64,000 nucleotides of DNA from assembly GCA_951406725.2 (NCBI GenBank), contig OX597835.1, forward strand, positions 49,972,001 to 50,036,000. Reading direction: 5' to 3'. Below are positions 1 to 12,466 of the stretch, piece by piece. The position numbers and the translations under genes were made by a program. This stretch comes from Octopus vulgaris (Eukaryota). How positions within the stretch are numbered: the first letter of the stretch is position 1; every line of letters starts with the position of its first letter. The notes beneath the pieces are model-generated. The model did no database searches. It was not told the DNA's origin and saw nothing but the letters and a program-made list of their open reading frames with translations.

Positions 1-216
1 TTCAAGTTCGTTTATGTTTGGAACATCAGTTTAATAAAGACAAAGTGATTTTAAAAAATTTTTCATTCTTTTCAAAATTAATTGAAACAAACGGCAGTGT
101 CTTCTAATTGAAAGTGTGGAGTTGAGTTGACCTGCAGCAGTTTAAAGATCAATAGCAACAACCTCACTTGTCTCAACAGTCTGCAAGGTTCCTAATTTCA
201 ACCCCTTCCTCAAGAC

Positions 217-470
217 CAGTAGTTCTCAACCATTTTTATCCTAGGGACACCCTCTCATTCCTATTTTACTTGGCTGGACCCCCAGGGCCATTTCATGTTT
301 AAAAGATCCTATTTTTATTATTAAATATCATGAGTAATTGTAGAAAAAGAAAATGTTAAAAAATATTTTGTGTATCATAGAAGTATAACCAATTTATTGC
401 AGATAAATTTTAACAATAAAATCTTATTTGGAACACAAAGGGCCATATGGACCCCAGCTGAGAACCCCTG
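217..470. mobile_element. hAT (Charlie-like) MITE
   Basis: TIRs CAGTAGTTCTCAAC / GCTGAGAACCCCTG; flanking 8-mers CTCAAGAC / TTCTAGAC resemble the NTCTAGAN target. Related copies near 8339-8645 and 46952-47187. Confidence 0.7.
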
Positions 471-739
471 TTCTAGACTCAAAAAGCAAAATGTCGGGAA
501 AGGTTCCTTAATGTAAGGGTAGCAACATATCCAAGACCAGAGTTAGCTTCTCATTCATATGACACCACAGAAGGTGCAAACAAAATATTAAATCTATACT
601 TTTTATGGTAATGGTCTACAAAACAAGCTTTACCATTAGAAGGCAGTGCCAGCATCATGAGCACAGCCAACGACTGGAGTGAAGAATAGGGTTCCCAAAC
701 GGGAGAGAAAAACAGAAATACACACAGATATATACTCAC

Positions 740-839
740 CAATAGTGGATGAGGGTACAATGATTACATGAGGTCCTTCTTCACCTTGCTCTAATAAATA
801 AGCTAGAAATGCTATAGCCTGGACTGTCTTTCCAAGACC
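740..839 (-). CDS. SMARCAD1: SMARCAD1 exon, Walker A and motif Ia; gene continues beyond the window start
   Basis: AATAG| acceptor, TTG|GTGAGT donor; 100 nt, phase 0 to 1; [33 protein letters not shown] continues LADEM from the previous exon. Confidence 0.95.
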
Positions 840-1063
840 CTATTAATAGAAACATGAGTGGTGATGGTCATTTCTGTTGATTTTGACATCTATGAGTGTT
901 TGAAGAAGGAGATTAAAAAAAAAAAGAAAACTTTTGAAAATAAAAGAAGTAAAGAAACTGCAAATATTTGCTATGGATGAGTGAATTGGAGTGGAGGGAT
1001 GGATTTTGGTAAGAAGTCACAATGGGGACACTGAGGATTTTGACTTTGCCTGGAATTGGGCAA

Positions 1064-3555
1064 AGGCTGGCAACGGCCACGATCGGATGGAGCTTTTATA
1101 CGTGCCACCGGCACGGAGGCCAGGCGAGGCTGACAACGGCCACGATCGGATGGTGCGTTTTACGTGCCACCGGCATGGAGGCCAGGCGAGGCTGGCAACA
1201 GTCACAATCGGATGGTGCTTTTATACGTGCCACCGGCACGGAAGCCTGTCGGGGTGGCGCTGGCAACAGCCACGTTCGGATGGTTCTCTTATGTGCCACC
1301 GGCACTGGTATCATAGCTACAATTTCCATTGATGTTGATCGATTTTGATTTTGATTTTCACTTGCCTCTAAAGGTCTTCACAAGTAGAGTTTTGTGTCCC
1401 AAGAAGGAAAGGTATGCATAAGTGGACTGAGGCTATGGGTTATGGTCTCACTTGTCCTGCCGGGTCTTCTCATGCACAGCATACTTCCAAAGGTCTCGGT
1501 CTCTAGTCATTTCCTCGGTGAGACCTAAAGTTCAAAGGTCGTGTTTCACCACCTAATCCCAGGTTTTCCTGGGGCTACCTCTTCCACAGGTCCCCTCAAC
1601 ACCTAGGGTGTGGCACTTTTTCACACAACTATCTTCATCCATTCTTGCCACATGACCATACCAGCGCAAACGTCTCTCTTGCACACCACAACTAATGCTT
1701 CTTAGGTCCAACTTTTCTCTCAAGGTACTTACACTCTGCCGAATATGAACACTGACATTACACATCCATCGGAGCATACTGGCTTCATTTCTTGCGAGCT
1801 TACGCATTTCCTCAGCAGTCACGGCCCATGTTTCACTGCCATGTAGCATGGCTGTTCGTACACATGCATCATAGTCTGCCTTTTACTCTGAGCGAGAGGC
1901 CTTTTGTCCCTAGCAGAGGTAAGAGCTCTCTGAACTTTGCCCAAGCTATTCTTACTCTAGCAGTTACACTTTCAATACACCCGCCCCACTACTGACTTGG
2001 TCACCTAGGTAACGGAAGCTATCAACTATTTCTAGTTTTTCTCCCTGGAATGTGGCGGAAGTTGGTCTCTGCGCATTTTCAGTGTTTATTGCTCCTGAGC
2101 ATCTGCCACATACAAAAACTATCTTCCTAGTTAGCCTTCCCTTGACATTGCTGCACCTCTTATGTGTCCATAGCTTACACTTGGTGCATCTTATAGAGTT
2201 TCTACCTACACCTTTCCTACAGATCGAGCAAGGCCATCTACCTGAAGGCGTTTGTGATTGGTCTACCTTCCTACTTATTAGGACTTTGGTTTTAGCTAGG
2301 TTGACTCTAAGGCCCTTCGATTCTAATCCTTGCTTCCACACCTGAAACTTCTCTTCCAGTTCTGATAGTGACTCAGCAATTAGAGCAAGGTCATCAGCAT
2401 AGAGGAGCTCCCAGGGGCATCCGGTCTTGAATTCCTCCGTTATTGCCTGGAGGACTATGATAAATAGGAGGGGGCTGAGGACTGAGCCTTGGTGGACCCC
2501 TACCTCTACCCGGAATTCTTCACTGTACTCGTTGCCAACCCTCACCTTACTAGCAGCGTCCCTGTACATGGCTCGCACAGCTCTCACTAACCATTCATCT
2601 ATCCCTAGTTTCCTCATTGACCACCAGATAAGGGATCGGGGGACCCTGTCGAAGGCTTTCTCCATGTCAACGAAAGCCAGGCACAGGGGCTTATCTGTGG
2701 CTAGATATTTCTCCTGCAGCTGTCTTACCAGGAATATGGCATCAGTGGTGCTTTTCCCTGGCACGAAACCAAACTGCATCTCATCTAAACTAACTCTCTC
2801 TCGAATTAGTTGAGCTATGACCCTCTCCGTAGCCTTCATTACCTGATCCAACAGCTTGATACCCCTGTAGGGTATCTAAAATATCTAGGGCGTCACCTTT
2901 ACCTTTGTAGCAGTTGACTATTATGCTGCTACACCAGTCATTGGGTATGACTCCTTCGTGTATCACCTGGTTAACTATACGGGTGACTAGGCTATAGCCA
3001 ACACTGCCAGATATTTTGAGCATCTCTGCAGTAATTCCTAATGGGCCTGGGACTTTCCCCGTCTTCATACTCTTAATTGCTTTAACTACCAAGGTACTGT
3101 CAACTCGGATAGCTGGTCCCTCTGTTGGGTCGACATTCGGTAGACTCTCTTTATCCCATTCATTTTCTTTATTCAGCAACCTTTCATAGTGGCGTCTCCA
3201 AACCTCTCTCTTTGCATCCTCATTTAGCGCAAGCGAACTGTCATCCATGCGAACACATTTCTCTCCTACCACATCACGATTCTCTCTCACACACTGACTT
3301 GCAATGCAAAATACCTCAAGTCTTTGGTCCTCACAGCACAAAACATTGGCAAATTTTTTCTTATCTGCTTCCCCTCTGGCTAAATAAACCTGTCTCCTAG
3401 CTTCTCTTTTCGCAGTCTGATACAATTCCCAGCTAACCCCATTTTTCCAGTCATTCCAAGCCTGTCTCTTTTCTCTAATAGCCCTGTCTACAACATTGTT
3501 CCACCACCACGTTATTTTAGGTCGAGAGGGGACTTTGCATCAGCCACAGATCTGG
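1064..3555 (-). mobile_element. RTE-clade LINE, 5'-truncated, disrupted RT ORF with PHD finger
   Basis: RT motifs QFGFVPGKSTTDAIF, FVDMEKAFDRV, GVHQGSVLSP, LLYADD, FRYLG, LRWYGHV spread over frameshifted ORFs 2790-3425, 1964-2851 and 1553-1849. Confidence 0.93.
1066..1310. repeat. ~64-bp tandem repeat x4 in the RTE 3' UTR
   Basis: Unit GGCTGGCAACGGCCACGATCGGATGGTGCTTTTATACGTGCCACCGGCACGGAGGCCAGGCGA. Confidence 0.85.
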
Positions 3556-3699
3556 TAGGATATAATCCTTTTATTCTTCTGTTTCTTCAACTCAAATTGT
3601 TTCCATGCATCATGATACATTTCTCATCTTACAGATCAATCTAAGCAATGACTTTCCCAAGAAGTCAAGTTAAGCTTTAGAGATTTTAATGATTGCTTC

Positions 3700-4200
3700 A
3701 ACTTATTCTTAACCCTAAGGAGAGGTCTTCCTTTACCACAGTGTCCCTCCACTTTTTGGCCATACAAAAGAATTTTTAGAATGCAGTCATCTTTCATTTG
3801 AACGACATGCCCTACCCATCTGCACTAAATTCTCAGCAGCATCCTTTGGATACTGGAAATATCCCATTTTCCTAAGATTTTGACATTTGGTATCTTACCT
3901 TTCTATTTTATATTGCAGATATTGCGCAGACAGCACTCGCGAAAGGTTTCAAGTTTCTTTACATGTCTGTAGTAGAGAATCCATGCTTCTTCTGCTCCAT
4001 ACAAGATTTGTAGACACTTATTTTAGTTTTCAGGCTGACATTACGTTCATCCCACAAACGATGGGAAAGTTTTCCAAAAGCATTTGTAGTCTTAGATATT
4101 CTAACATCAATTCTGTCGTCAACAGTATTCTTAGATGTACTTCCAAGATATTTAAATGACCTGATCCACTTGAGTGGCTTATTGTCAATCACAACTGAAT
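3700..4200 (-). mobile_element. Degenerate RTE LINE fragment
   Basis: SFKYLGS...RISKTTNAFGKLSHRLW...LKTKISVYK; RWVGHVV motif near 3800. Confidence 0.75.
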
Positions 4201-4395
4201 TTTGAGTAAGTTTTACCCAAGACGAAAATGATGGTGGTGGTGGTGGTAGCAGTGACAGTGATAATGGTTATGAAGGTGGTGACAGCAGTGATGGCAAGGA
4301 TTTAGGGTGATAATGTAATTGAAATTTTAAAAAAAAAAAGGTATGACAGCCATCAACAGTGATTCATTCAACCAGATCAAAATATAAAAATTTAC

Positions 4396-4486
4396 CATTT
4401 CATCAGCTAGAATACCATTAACTTCCTGGGAATGTAATATCCGCAACCAATTCAAGCCAACCAGTTGGTAAGGTTTCAACAGGAAA
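4396..4486 (-). CDS. SMARCAD1: SMARCAD1 exon, SNF2 ATPase Q motif and start of motif I
   Basis: TTTTTAG| acceptor, ATG|GTAAAT donor; 91 nt, phase 2 to 0; [28 protein letters not shown]. Confidence 0.95.
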
Positions 4487-5358
4487 CTAAAAAGAAAAAA
4501 ACATATTTTAGAGTTCATTTATATACATAATATATAGAACCCCTTGCTTGTGCATGTATGCAAGTTTTCTACTTCTAATGATCTGAAGTTTTCCTGTATG
4601 AAATAAATTAGTTTCTGATCAAGATACAAAGCTCCACCATTGGAATGTAAATAAAAACAATCACATTCTGAACTTGGGAAAAGTCTTGTATACTTTCACT
4701 GTTCCACTTATGGATGATATCTCTAATATACATGTAAGCTGGTTGATTTCTTTTTCTGAAAACCCAGCTTCTTCAGATTGTCATTTGGGGATTTACTAAC
4801 AATACCAAGTACACCAATAATTAATTGAAATAAGCATGAAGTTATTAATTCTTTCTTTTATAGGAATGAGGCCTGAAACATGGAGGAAGGGAGCAGCCAA
4901 TTAAATCAACCCCTGCACTCAATTAACTGGTGCTCATTTTATCAACCCTGAAAGGATAAAAAGTAAAGTCAATCTCAGCAGAAATTGAACTTACAGCATC
5001 AAGCTGGAAGCAAAGCTGCTAACGATAATGTGAATATAGCTAACGATGTATACAGAAGCTAAAAGGTTTCAAAGCAGCCATCCATAATTATCTTCGTTCT
5101 CTTTGTTTTTGAAAAACTATTCACAGCAACATAGTAGCTAACTTCTATGATGGTACATGCTTTCTATCTGTCCCAAACAACTACACCTGGCCTCTTACAT
5201 CTGCCCTTTCTAAACATTTTGGAGAGAATATTCCGCCATGCATGTAAATTTGCATGCATGTATGTATGTAAATTTGCATGCATATATGTATGTATGTATG
5301 TGTATATATAAACAAACTAACATTTGTTTTTTTATAAGTGTCGAAATGTGTATTGTAA

Positions 5359-5548
5359 GATACAAATAAGACGTTAATTTATTTTCGAATGCAGAAACAC
5401 TGTTAAAACAGCAGAAATATTGGGAAAAATTTGTCCCATGGCTGTTTGTCAACAAATTTTTCTGCTTCGTAAGAGTATTTTACACAATATTTCTGCTGTT
5501 CTAATGGCATTTCAGGTTTTGAAAATAAATTATCATCTTATTTGCATC
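5359..5548. repeat. Imperfect inverted repeat (old MITE)
   Basis: GATACAAATAAGA...AACAGCAGAAATATTG mirrored by CAATATTTCTGCTGTT...TCTTATTTGCATC. Confidence 0.7.
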
Positions 5549-5566
5549 ATTTATATATATATATAA

Positions 5567-5886
5567 GGAGCAGTCCGTCGGTTATGACGACGAGGGTCCC
5601 AGCTGATATGATCAACGGAACAGCCTGCTTGTGTAATTAATGTGCAAGTGACTGAGCACTCCACAGACACGCATACCCCTAACGGAGTTCTGAGGGAGAT
5701 TCAGCATGACACAGAGTGTGACAAGGCTGGCCCTTTGCAATACAGGTACTACTCGTTGTTTTAGCTGAGTGAACTGGAGCAACGTGAAATAAAGTGTCTT
5801 GCTCAAGGACACACCGCATCACCAGGAATCGAACTCACGACCTTACAATTGTGAGCCAAATGCCCCTAACCACTAAGCCACGCGCC

Positions 5887-5890
<4 letters not shown>
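5567..5890 (-). mobile_element. tRNA-derived SINE, family B
   Basis: Minus strand GGCGCGTGGCTTAGTGGTTAGG (A box)...GAGTTCGATTCC (B box); related copies at 6215-6529, 52349-52736, 31500-31690 and a split copy at 39112-39798. Confidence 0.85.
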
Positions 5891-5930
<40 letters not shown>

Positions 5931-6214
5931 AATTTATGTTCCAAACATTATCATCATTTAACATCCACCGTTCCATGCTAGCAGGGGTCAAACAGAATTT
6001 GTTGAGGCATATTTTTTATGACTGGATGCCCTTCCAGTTTCCAACCTTCACCTGTTTCCAAGAAAGGCAATATCTCCCAAAGCTGAACATAAGTCTCATG
6101 GAAGACTGGAAACAACACCGCCTATATGACAGTGGTGCTCACTTACAACAATCACATAATGTTGAGACAAATGTGCACACACACACACACGCATCAAACT
6201 GGCACTTTGTCAGA

Positions 6215-6529
6215 TATACAATGACAAGGGTTCCAGCTGCTCCAATCAACAGAACAGATTGCTCTTGGAATTAATGTGCAAGTGGCTGAGGACTCCACAG
6301 ACACATGTACCCTTTACATAGTTCTCATGGACATTCAATGCAATACAGAATGTGACTAGGCTGGTCCCTTTGTAATTACAGGTACAACTCATTTTTGCCA
6401 GCTGAGTGGAGACTAGAGCAATGTAAAATAGAGTGTCTTGCTCAAGGACACGAGACACTGCCAGGAATTGAACTGATGACCTTGCAATTTGTGAGCTGAA
6501 CACCCAAACCACTTAGCCACACACCTTCA
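6215..6529 (-). mobile_element. tRNA-derived SINE, family B
   Basis: Colinear with 5567-5890. Confidence 0.8.
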
Positions 6530-6565
6530 CAACAGGTTATTAGTTCAAGTGTGAAATGCACTTAC

Positions 6566-6801
6566 TTTTCATTAAGTATAACAGGCTGTTGTGTGATCTG
6601 TAACTCTTTGACACTCTTTGACTGGACGTCTTCATTCATTTCTGTAGCACTGACAAGATAATTGGCCAAATCTCCCATTTCCTTGGAGATTTTCTCACAT
6701 TTCTTCATCAAACGAATAACAACTTCACGCATGTGAATCACTTCCTTGCCGCCCACAACAAACCGGGATGTTAACGATTTGGTAGAATCCAGTTTCTCTA
6801 T
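6566..6801 (-). CDS. SMARCAD1: SMARCAD1 coding exon 8
   Basis: TTTCAG| acceptor, |GTAAGT donor; 236 nt, phase 0 to 2; REVVIRLMKKCEKIS...QQPVILN matches RDVVIRLMNKCEDIS...EQPSILN. Note: counting all reconstructed exons in order gives ten coding segments in the window. Confidence 0.93.
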
Positions 6802-7235
6802 CTGAAACACAAAGTAACAATATAACATTTTTCTTTGTTTTTTTTTTCTTAAATTTTTTTCTTTTTAACAATATTTTGCAATTTGTCTTTACTTGGATGA
6901 GTGAAATGTTTCCTGTTTTTTTTTTTTTTTTTGGGGGGGGGCATTCACATATTACTGGAATTATCAAATTCCACTTCTTGATGCCCTTCCCAAAATAAAA
7001 TGAAGCCATTTAACCCTTTCGTTCCTATATTTCTGACCGAAATACACCCCACATGAGTTTCAATTAAATTCTAAAATAATCATGAATTTAGGCTTGTTTC
7101 ATTAAATAACTGTAACTTTTTTACTTATCAACATATTAATGTGATATTTGGAACATAATTAAAGAAAGGGTTCTTAACCAATTCTATTGCATAACTTTTG
7201 TCTCAAAGTGACTTTAATTACAGGTAAATCCAGGT

Positions 7236-7367
7236 AAATTGAACAAAAGGTAAAAATATTAAAATTTTAAATTGAGCAAAAGGTAAAAATATTAAAATTT
7301 TAAATTGAGCAAAAGGTAAAAATATTAAAATTTTAAATTGAGCAAAAAGTAAAAATATTAAAATTTT
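7236..7367. repeat. 33-bp tandem repeat x4
   Basis: AAATTGAGCAAAAGGTAAAAATATTAAAATTTT with a 33-bp period. Confidence 0.9.
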
Positions 7368-7550
7368 GTTTAAACATCACCATAGAAAATGAATCATCAG
7401 CTAATATTCAAATGGGTATGCAACAAAATTTCGATAAAGAAGAATTGTGCACATCACTAGACGAAGGCAGGTTTCCGAAAATATATATATATATATATAG
7501 GAGGAGAGGGAGGAAAGAAGGAAACAGAGAGAGAGAAAAAAAGAACTTAC

Positions 7551-7736
7551 CAGACTGTCGTAACTTTCGAAGGGGCGCAACTTTATAATGATTTCTGCTT
7601 TCTTCTCTGAACAGCCTGGAATTGCCATTAATTCTTCAATTTTGGCTTCATTAAAGAAAGACTGAATAATCTCTTGTTCAGATTGTTTCTCAACGCAATA
7701 ATCCTCAAAATCAAGATCTATGTCTCCACTGCTGCC
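7551..7736 (-). CDS. SMARCAD1: SMARCAD1 coding exon 7
   Basis: Poly-T AG| acceptor, CTG|GTAAGT donor; 186 nt, phase 0 to 0; FFNEAKIEELMAIPGCSEKKAEIIIKLRPFESYDSL matches the recalled vertebrate SMARCAD1 block [22 protein letters not shown]. Confidence 0.93.
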
Positions 7737-10336
7737 CTAAAAAAAAAAGCAGAATATGACACAGTCAGATTATCTGTCAATATAAAACACAGTCAGATCA
7801 TCTGTCAATATAAAACACAGTCAGATTATCTATCGATATATAATATTACAGGAAGGAAACACATTCTCAAAGCAATTCTTACAAACAGGCACAGGAATGG
7901 CTATGTGGTTAACAAGTTGGCTTCTAAACCATTCGGTTTCAGGTTCAACTTTACAGCAAAGCACTACAATTGTTTCCTGCTTCTTTAGTCATGGGTTAGC
8001 TGATGCCTTGTGAGTGAATTTGATAGATGGTATTGTACAGAAACTATTGTGTGTGTGTGTGTGTGTGTACCTGTCATATGCTGGGTAACATCAGGAAATA
8101 TGGTATACATACAATAATTTTAATTCAGCTTTTACCAAATTTCTTAGTGCTTGTACAAACTGATGAAATATCCAAAAAGTTCTCTCGTTTCCATCTTCCT
8201 CCCACTCCAGCTCTTCCTCTCTCTCTCATGACTCTTTCTCTCTCAATCTCTGTATAAAAACTACCCCTTTTACTCACTGCCTGCAACTCTCATGTTCCCT
8301 CTGTATCTCTTTCACCATCTTTCCTTTACTCACTATACCAGGGATTCTCAACTGGGGCCCATATGAGATCTTGTGAGGTTCACACAAGCAAAATAGCAAA
8401 TTGGAGACCCGTAGTGGAGTCCACAAAAAAGTCTTGGTTTAGATATACGTAATGCAAGAAATAGCAAAGTTTCTTTCTCTGATGTTTTAGGCTGACTTGC
8501 ACCAGTGAATGTGTGTGACACAGAAAAGAGGAATTTAGAAAGAGGTCTCTGTGAAATTAGTTTTTTTAAACATCAAATGACTATGGGGATCCATCGGAAT
8601 AAAATAGTAATTAAAGGGACCCATAGACAAAAAAGGGTTGAGAGAGAAACGAGGCCTTATATAATGTATGACTGGAGAAATCAACTAACCAACATAAGAA
8701 AGCATGGAAATAATCCAGGGAAAACATGACGAACAGACATTCTGAGATGGTGAAATCATATCAGCAGAGGAAGAAAATATTCTTGGAATTTGGAAAAGAT
8801 ATTTTGAAAAAAACAGTGAAGGAATACAAACGAATAAACAAAAATACCAATGTTTAAGATGATACATGCTATAATAACTAAAACAGTGAAAAAGTCACCA
8901 TGAGGGAGGGGGGGTTTTAATTCGGTCAACAAACCCCACTATTTAACAGCTGACCACTTGTTGGGTTTAGAATATATTGAGGGGAGTCAGGTCTTGAATG
9001 AAATAAAACAAAAAAAATGTACAGCCATCCTTAAATCTGCTGAATGACCATCCTTAAAATCTGTAGAATAGATATCAAATAAATGCAACACCACCACACA
9101 TCCCTCCATCCCCTCCTCTACTAAAATCACCCACCTCCCTCTACCAAGTACATAGAGATACCCACACAACCAGATTGATCTTTATACTGGCAAGAAGGGA
9201 CAACCATCCTTCCGTGATTCATCCAATAATGCAGTATCGCCTGATGAAATGAATCAATGATGATGAGGATGATCAACCGGATGCCCTCAGATAATACAGA
9301 CTACACTGTATTAAACCCAAGGATAACAACTCTGATGTCGAAATCTTGTGATTTCTGGAAATGTGCATGGTGATCCTAGAATTATTGTTATTATTATATT
9401 AATCCTACATTATTGGTATAACCATGATGTAACCCCACCAAAAATTGACTGACTACTCAGTATCATTACACAGTAGTTGACATAATGAAATAGGACCTTT
9501 ATTTGCATACCCCTAACAATACCATAAATGAATTTAAAAGATATATCCTGTTATATCAATCCACATGTACCCCCGACTCTAATGAGAAACACTGCACTAG
9601 ATCATTCAGTAAACAACTGAACAGAAGAGAGGATGATAGGCAGGATATCATCATCATCATCATTTTAACATCCACTTCCCCATGCTTCAATCAATCAGAA
9701 TTCACTGAGGCAGATGGATGCTCTTCCTGTAGCCAACCTTCACCTGTCACCAAGCAAGGTAATATGTTTGACCCATGGTCAAACATATTTACATACAAGA
9801 CTGGAATGGAAACAGGAGACGCTACTTCTGTAACGGTGACACTTTGCTTTTACAATTATCATACAATGTAAAGACATACAGACAGACAGACACACACAAT
9901 GAGCTTCTTTCAGTTTCCACTTACAAAATCCATTCACAAGGCTTTGGTTGCTCCAGATATATAGAAGATAAACTGATCAAGGTGTCACACAGCAGGATTG
10001 AACCCTTACCATTTCTTAACAACACAGTAATGCTTGAATCTGTATAGCAGAAGGGTGGGGGTGAGGGTGGGGAATAAGGAAAGGCAGAGAAAATATCAAA
10101 GAAAAACAAACAACAAAACAATATTGAGAGCCTGGTTAGTAAAAGAAAGCAGAAAAAGAGAAGAGAGAAATATTTGAAGATGAAAACAGCAAAGAAAAAC
10201 AAATGGAGAAGAAAAGTGAAAGAAAGAAGAGTGAAAGAAACAAGAGTGAAAGAAACAAGAGTGAATGCTGAGAATAGGAGCAGAGGAAGTGTTTGGAAAG
10301 AAAATCTAGAAAATCAGTCAAAGAAAAAGGTCTCAC

Positions 10337-10395
10337 CTCTGATTCACTGTCTGGAATGTCTTCATCCATATCACTGTCTTTTTTCTTTGGATCAT
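10337..10395 (-). CDS. SMARCAD1: SMARCAD1 coding exon 6 (acidic linker)
   Basis: TTTTCTCCAG| acceptor, GAG|GTGAGA donor; 59 nt, phase 1 to 0; DDPKKKDSDMDEDIPDSESE. Confidence 0.85.
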
Positions 10396-10980
10396 CTGGA
10401 GAAAAAAAAAGTACATGAAAAGTACATAATATAAAAGACAGTTTGGAGAGAAGAGTACGGCTTTGGCTCCTCCAAACAGACAATGAAATGGTTTGAATTC
10501 TCTGTTAGAAACGTTCTATGTCATATTTAAATAGGAGTTGTGGAGTTGTGGTTATTTGGCCCCATGTCAGACCTGAGAAGTCATAGGATGATGATGATGA
10601 TGAGAGGCATTCAAGCCATATTCATGCTGTCTTTTGTTGAACGCTTTTAGCTTTCCGGTTACTGAGTCTCAAACAATATTTATTCATTTTGTTTGGAATT
10701 AATACAGTATTATCTCAGAACTTCAAGATTTTTAAGAATGTGATTATGTTTAGAAGTGGGAGAGGCTAGATGTGGTCAGTTTGAACATAAAACAGGTAAC
10801 ATATTTGGACCAAAGTTGGCCATTTAAAAAAATAAAGGGTTATGGTAATAAGGTACCCAGGAGTACTAGGGTACTACTCACGATACACATCTACTCTTCA
10901 TTGAATACATAAATGATGAACAGATATTATAAGTACTGATTAGAAATAGAAGAACAGATATACAGCTGGGTGGGTGTGTG

Positions 10981-11015
<35 letters not shown>

Positions 11016-11432
11016 AGTATTCAACAAAATAAATACAAAGAAAATCAAGATAAAGAATAAAGGGACAGAAATGAAGAGAGAAGAATGAGGGGGTGGCTGG
11101 AAGAAACAAAACATTGGGAGAATTAAAGAATTTAACGTTTTAGCAATCTGTCAAAGGAAATATTTATTCACATTGTTTTGAATTAATCCTGCATTATCTT
11201 GCAGCTTTGAGATTTTGATGATATAACTGGGTTGTGTATTTTTGACCTGCAGTTCCACACAACTAGCTAAAACATCATGGATTTCTAAGGTTGGAAGAAA
11301 GCCTCAGGTGTCACACAAGAGGCTGAATCTGGAACCATGTGATTGCAAAGCAATTCTTCACTACACAGCCACACCTGTGAAACATTATCAACATAGGTGA
11401 AGAGAAAAACATGGTAAGAGAATAACATTGTT

Positions 11433-11625
11433 ATAACATGCTGTGCGGGTGGCACGTAAAAAGCACCCACTACACTCACGGAGTGGTTGGCATTAGGAAG
11501 GGCATCCAGCCGTAGAAACACTGCCAGATTTGACTGGGCCTGATGAAGCCTTCTGGCTTCACAGACCCCAGTAGAACCGTCCAACCCATGCTAGCATGGA
11601 AAACGGACGTTAATGATGATGATGA
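11433..11625 (+). mobile_element. RTE 3'-end fragment with (TGA)n tail
   Basis: GGTGGCACGTAAAAAGCACC...AGGAAGGGCATCCAGC...CCATGCTAGCATGG...(TGA)n; ATTGT on both sides. Similar pieces at ~21393-21690, 21855-22033, 47267-47405, 60521-60730, 61890-62070. Confidence 0.8.
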
Positions 11626-12384
11626 TTGTAGGGGAGGTGTGAGGGGCCAGATCTGACCAGTTTGAATGCTAAAGGGTTAATGGGGACTGAACCAATATTG
11701 TTTAAGCCCTTGCCAGTCCAGTAACATACTTATGCAACCATTTACACAATGAAACCCTTCTCATGGGATTGAACCCAAGTTCCTTGCACCAACAACGAAG
11801 TCTCTATAGAATTGTTCCACCTGCCAGCCAATTCTCCCTCAAAAATCATATCTATCATCAGAAAACAGGAAGGTCAACTGGTTGATGAAGTTCTCAGAGA
11901 TATTATTATCTCACCATCTGATACTGACTTGTTTAGCCACAAAATCCATTATCAGACATTCTAGAGTTCTTCTATCTGTTTCAGTCATTAGACTGTTGCC
12001 ATACTGGGACACCATCTTGAAGAACTCTAAGCTGAATGAATCAACCCCAAAGCTATTTTTTGTTTCCAAACCCAATACTTATTTTATCAGTCAAAGGTTA
12101 AGTCGACCTCGGCAGAATCTGAATTCAGAATGTAAAAACCAATGAAATGCTATAAAACATATTGCCAGACTCACTGCCTTATAGTTCTTTGAAGACCCCC
12201 CCCCCCATATAACCCAGATACACCTTGCATTCTCTGTGTCCTTTTCTAAAGCAATTGAGTATGATTTGAACATGATTCAGCTACTACTTCTAGCAGGCTG
12301 AGCAACTGCAAAGAGGCTCCCTCACTGGCCTGCCTGATGCTGTGGAGTTGTGAGTCAATAAATAACGAATGTCAGGAAGCTTAC

Positions 12385-12466
12385 CTTTATCTTTGTCTCC
12401 GCATGCCAGCCAGACAATCGTTTTCTCCAAACACCATTTGTTCTCCCGCAGAAGATCTTTGAGTTC
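12385..12466 (-). CDS. SMARCAD1: SMARCAD1 coding exon 5 (end of CUE-like domain 2)
   Basis: TTTGTTTAG| acceptor, AAG|GTAAGC donor; 82 nt, phase 0 to 1; ELKDLLRENKWCLEKTIVWLACGDKDK. Confidence 0.85.

Noticed and set aside
1066-1310. Regularly spaced repeats resembling a CRISPR array
   Set aside because: The units are contiguous tandem copies without unique spacers, lie in a LINE 3' UTR, and there are no cas genes; the context is eukaryotic.
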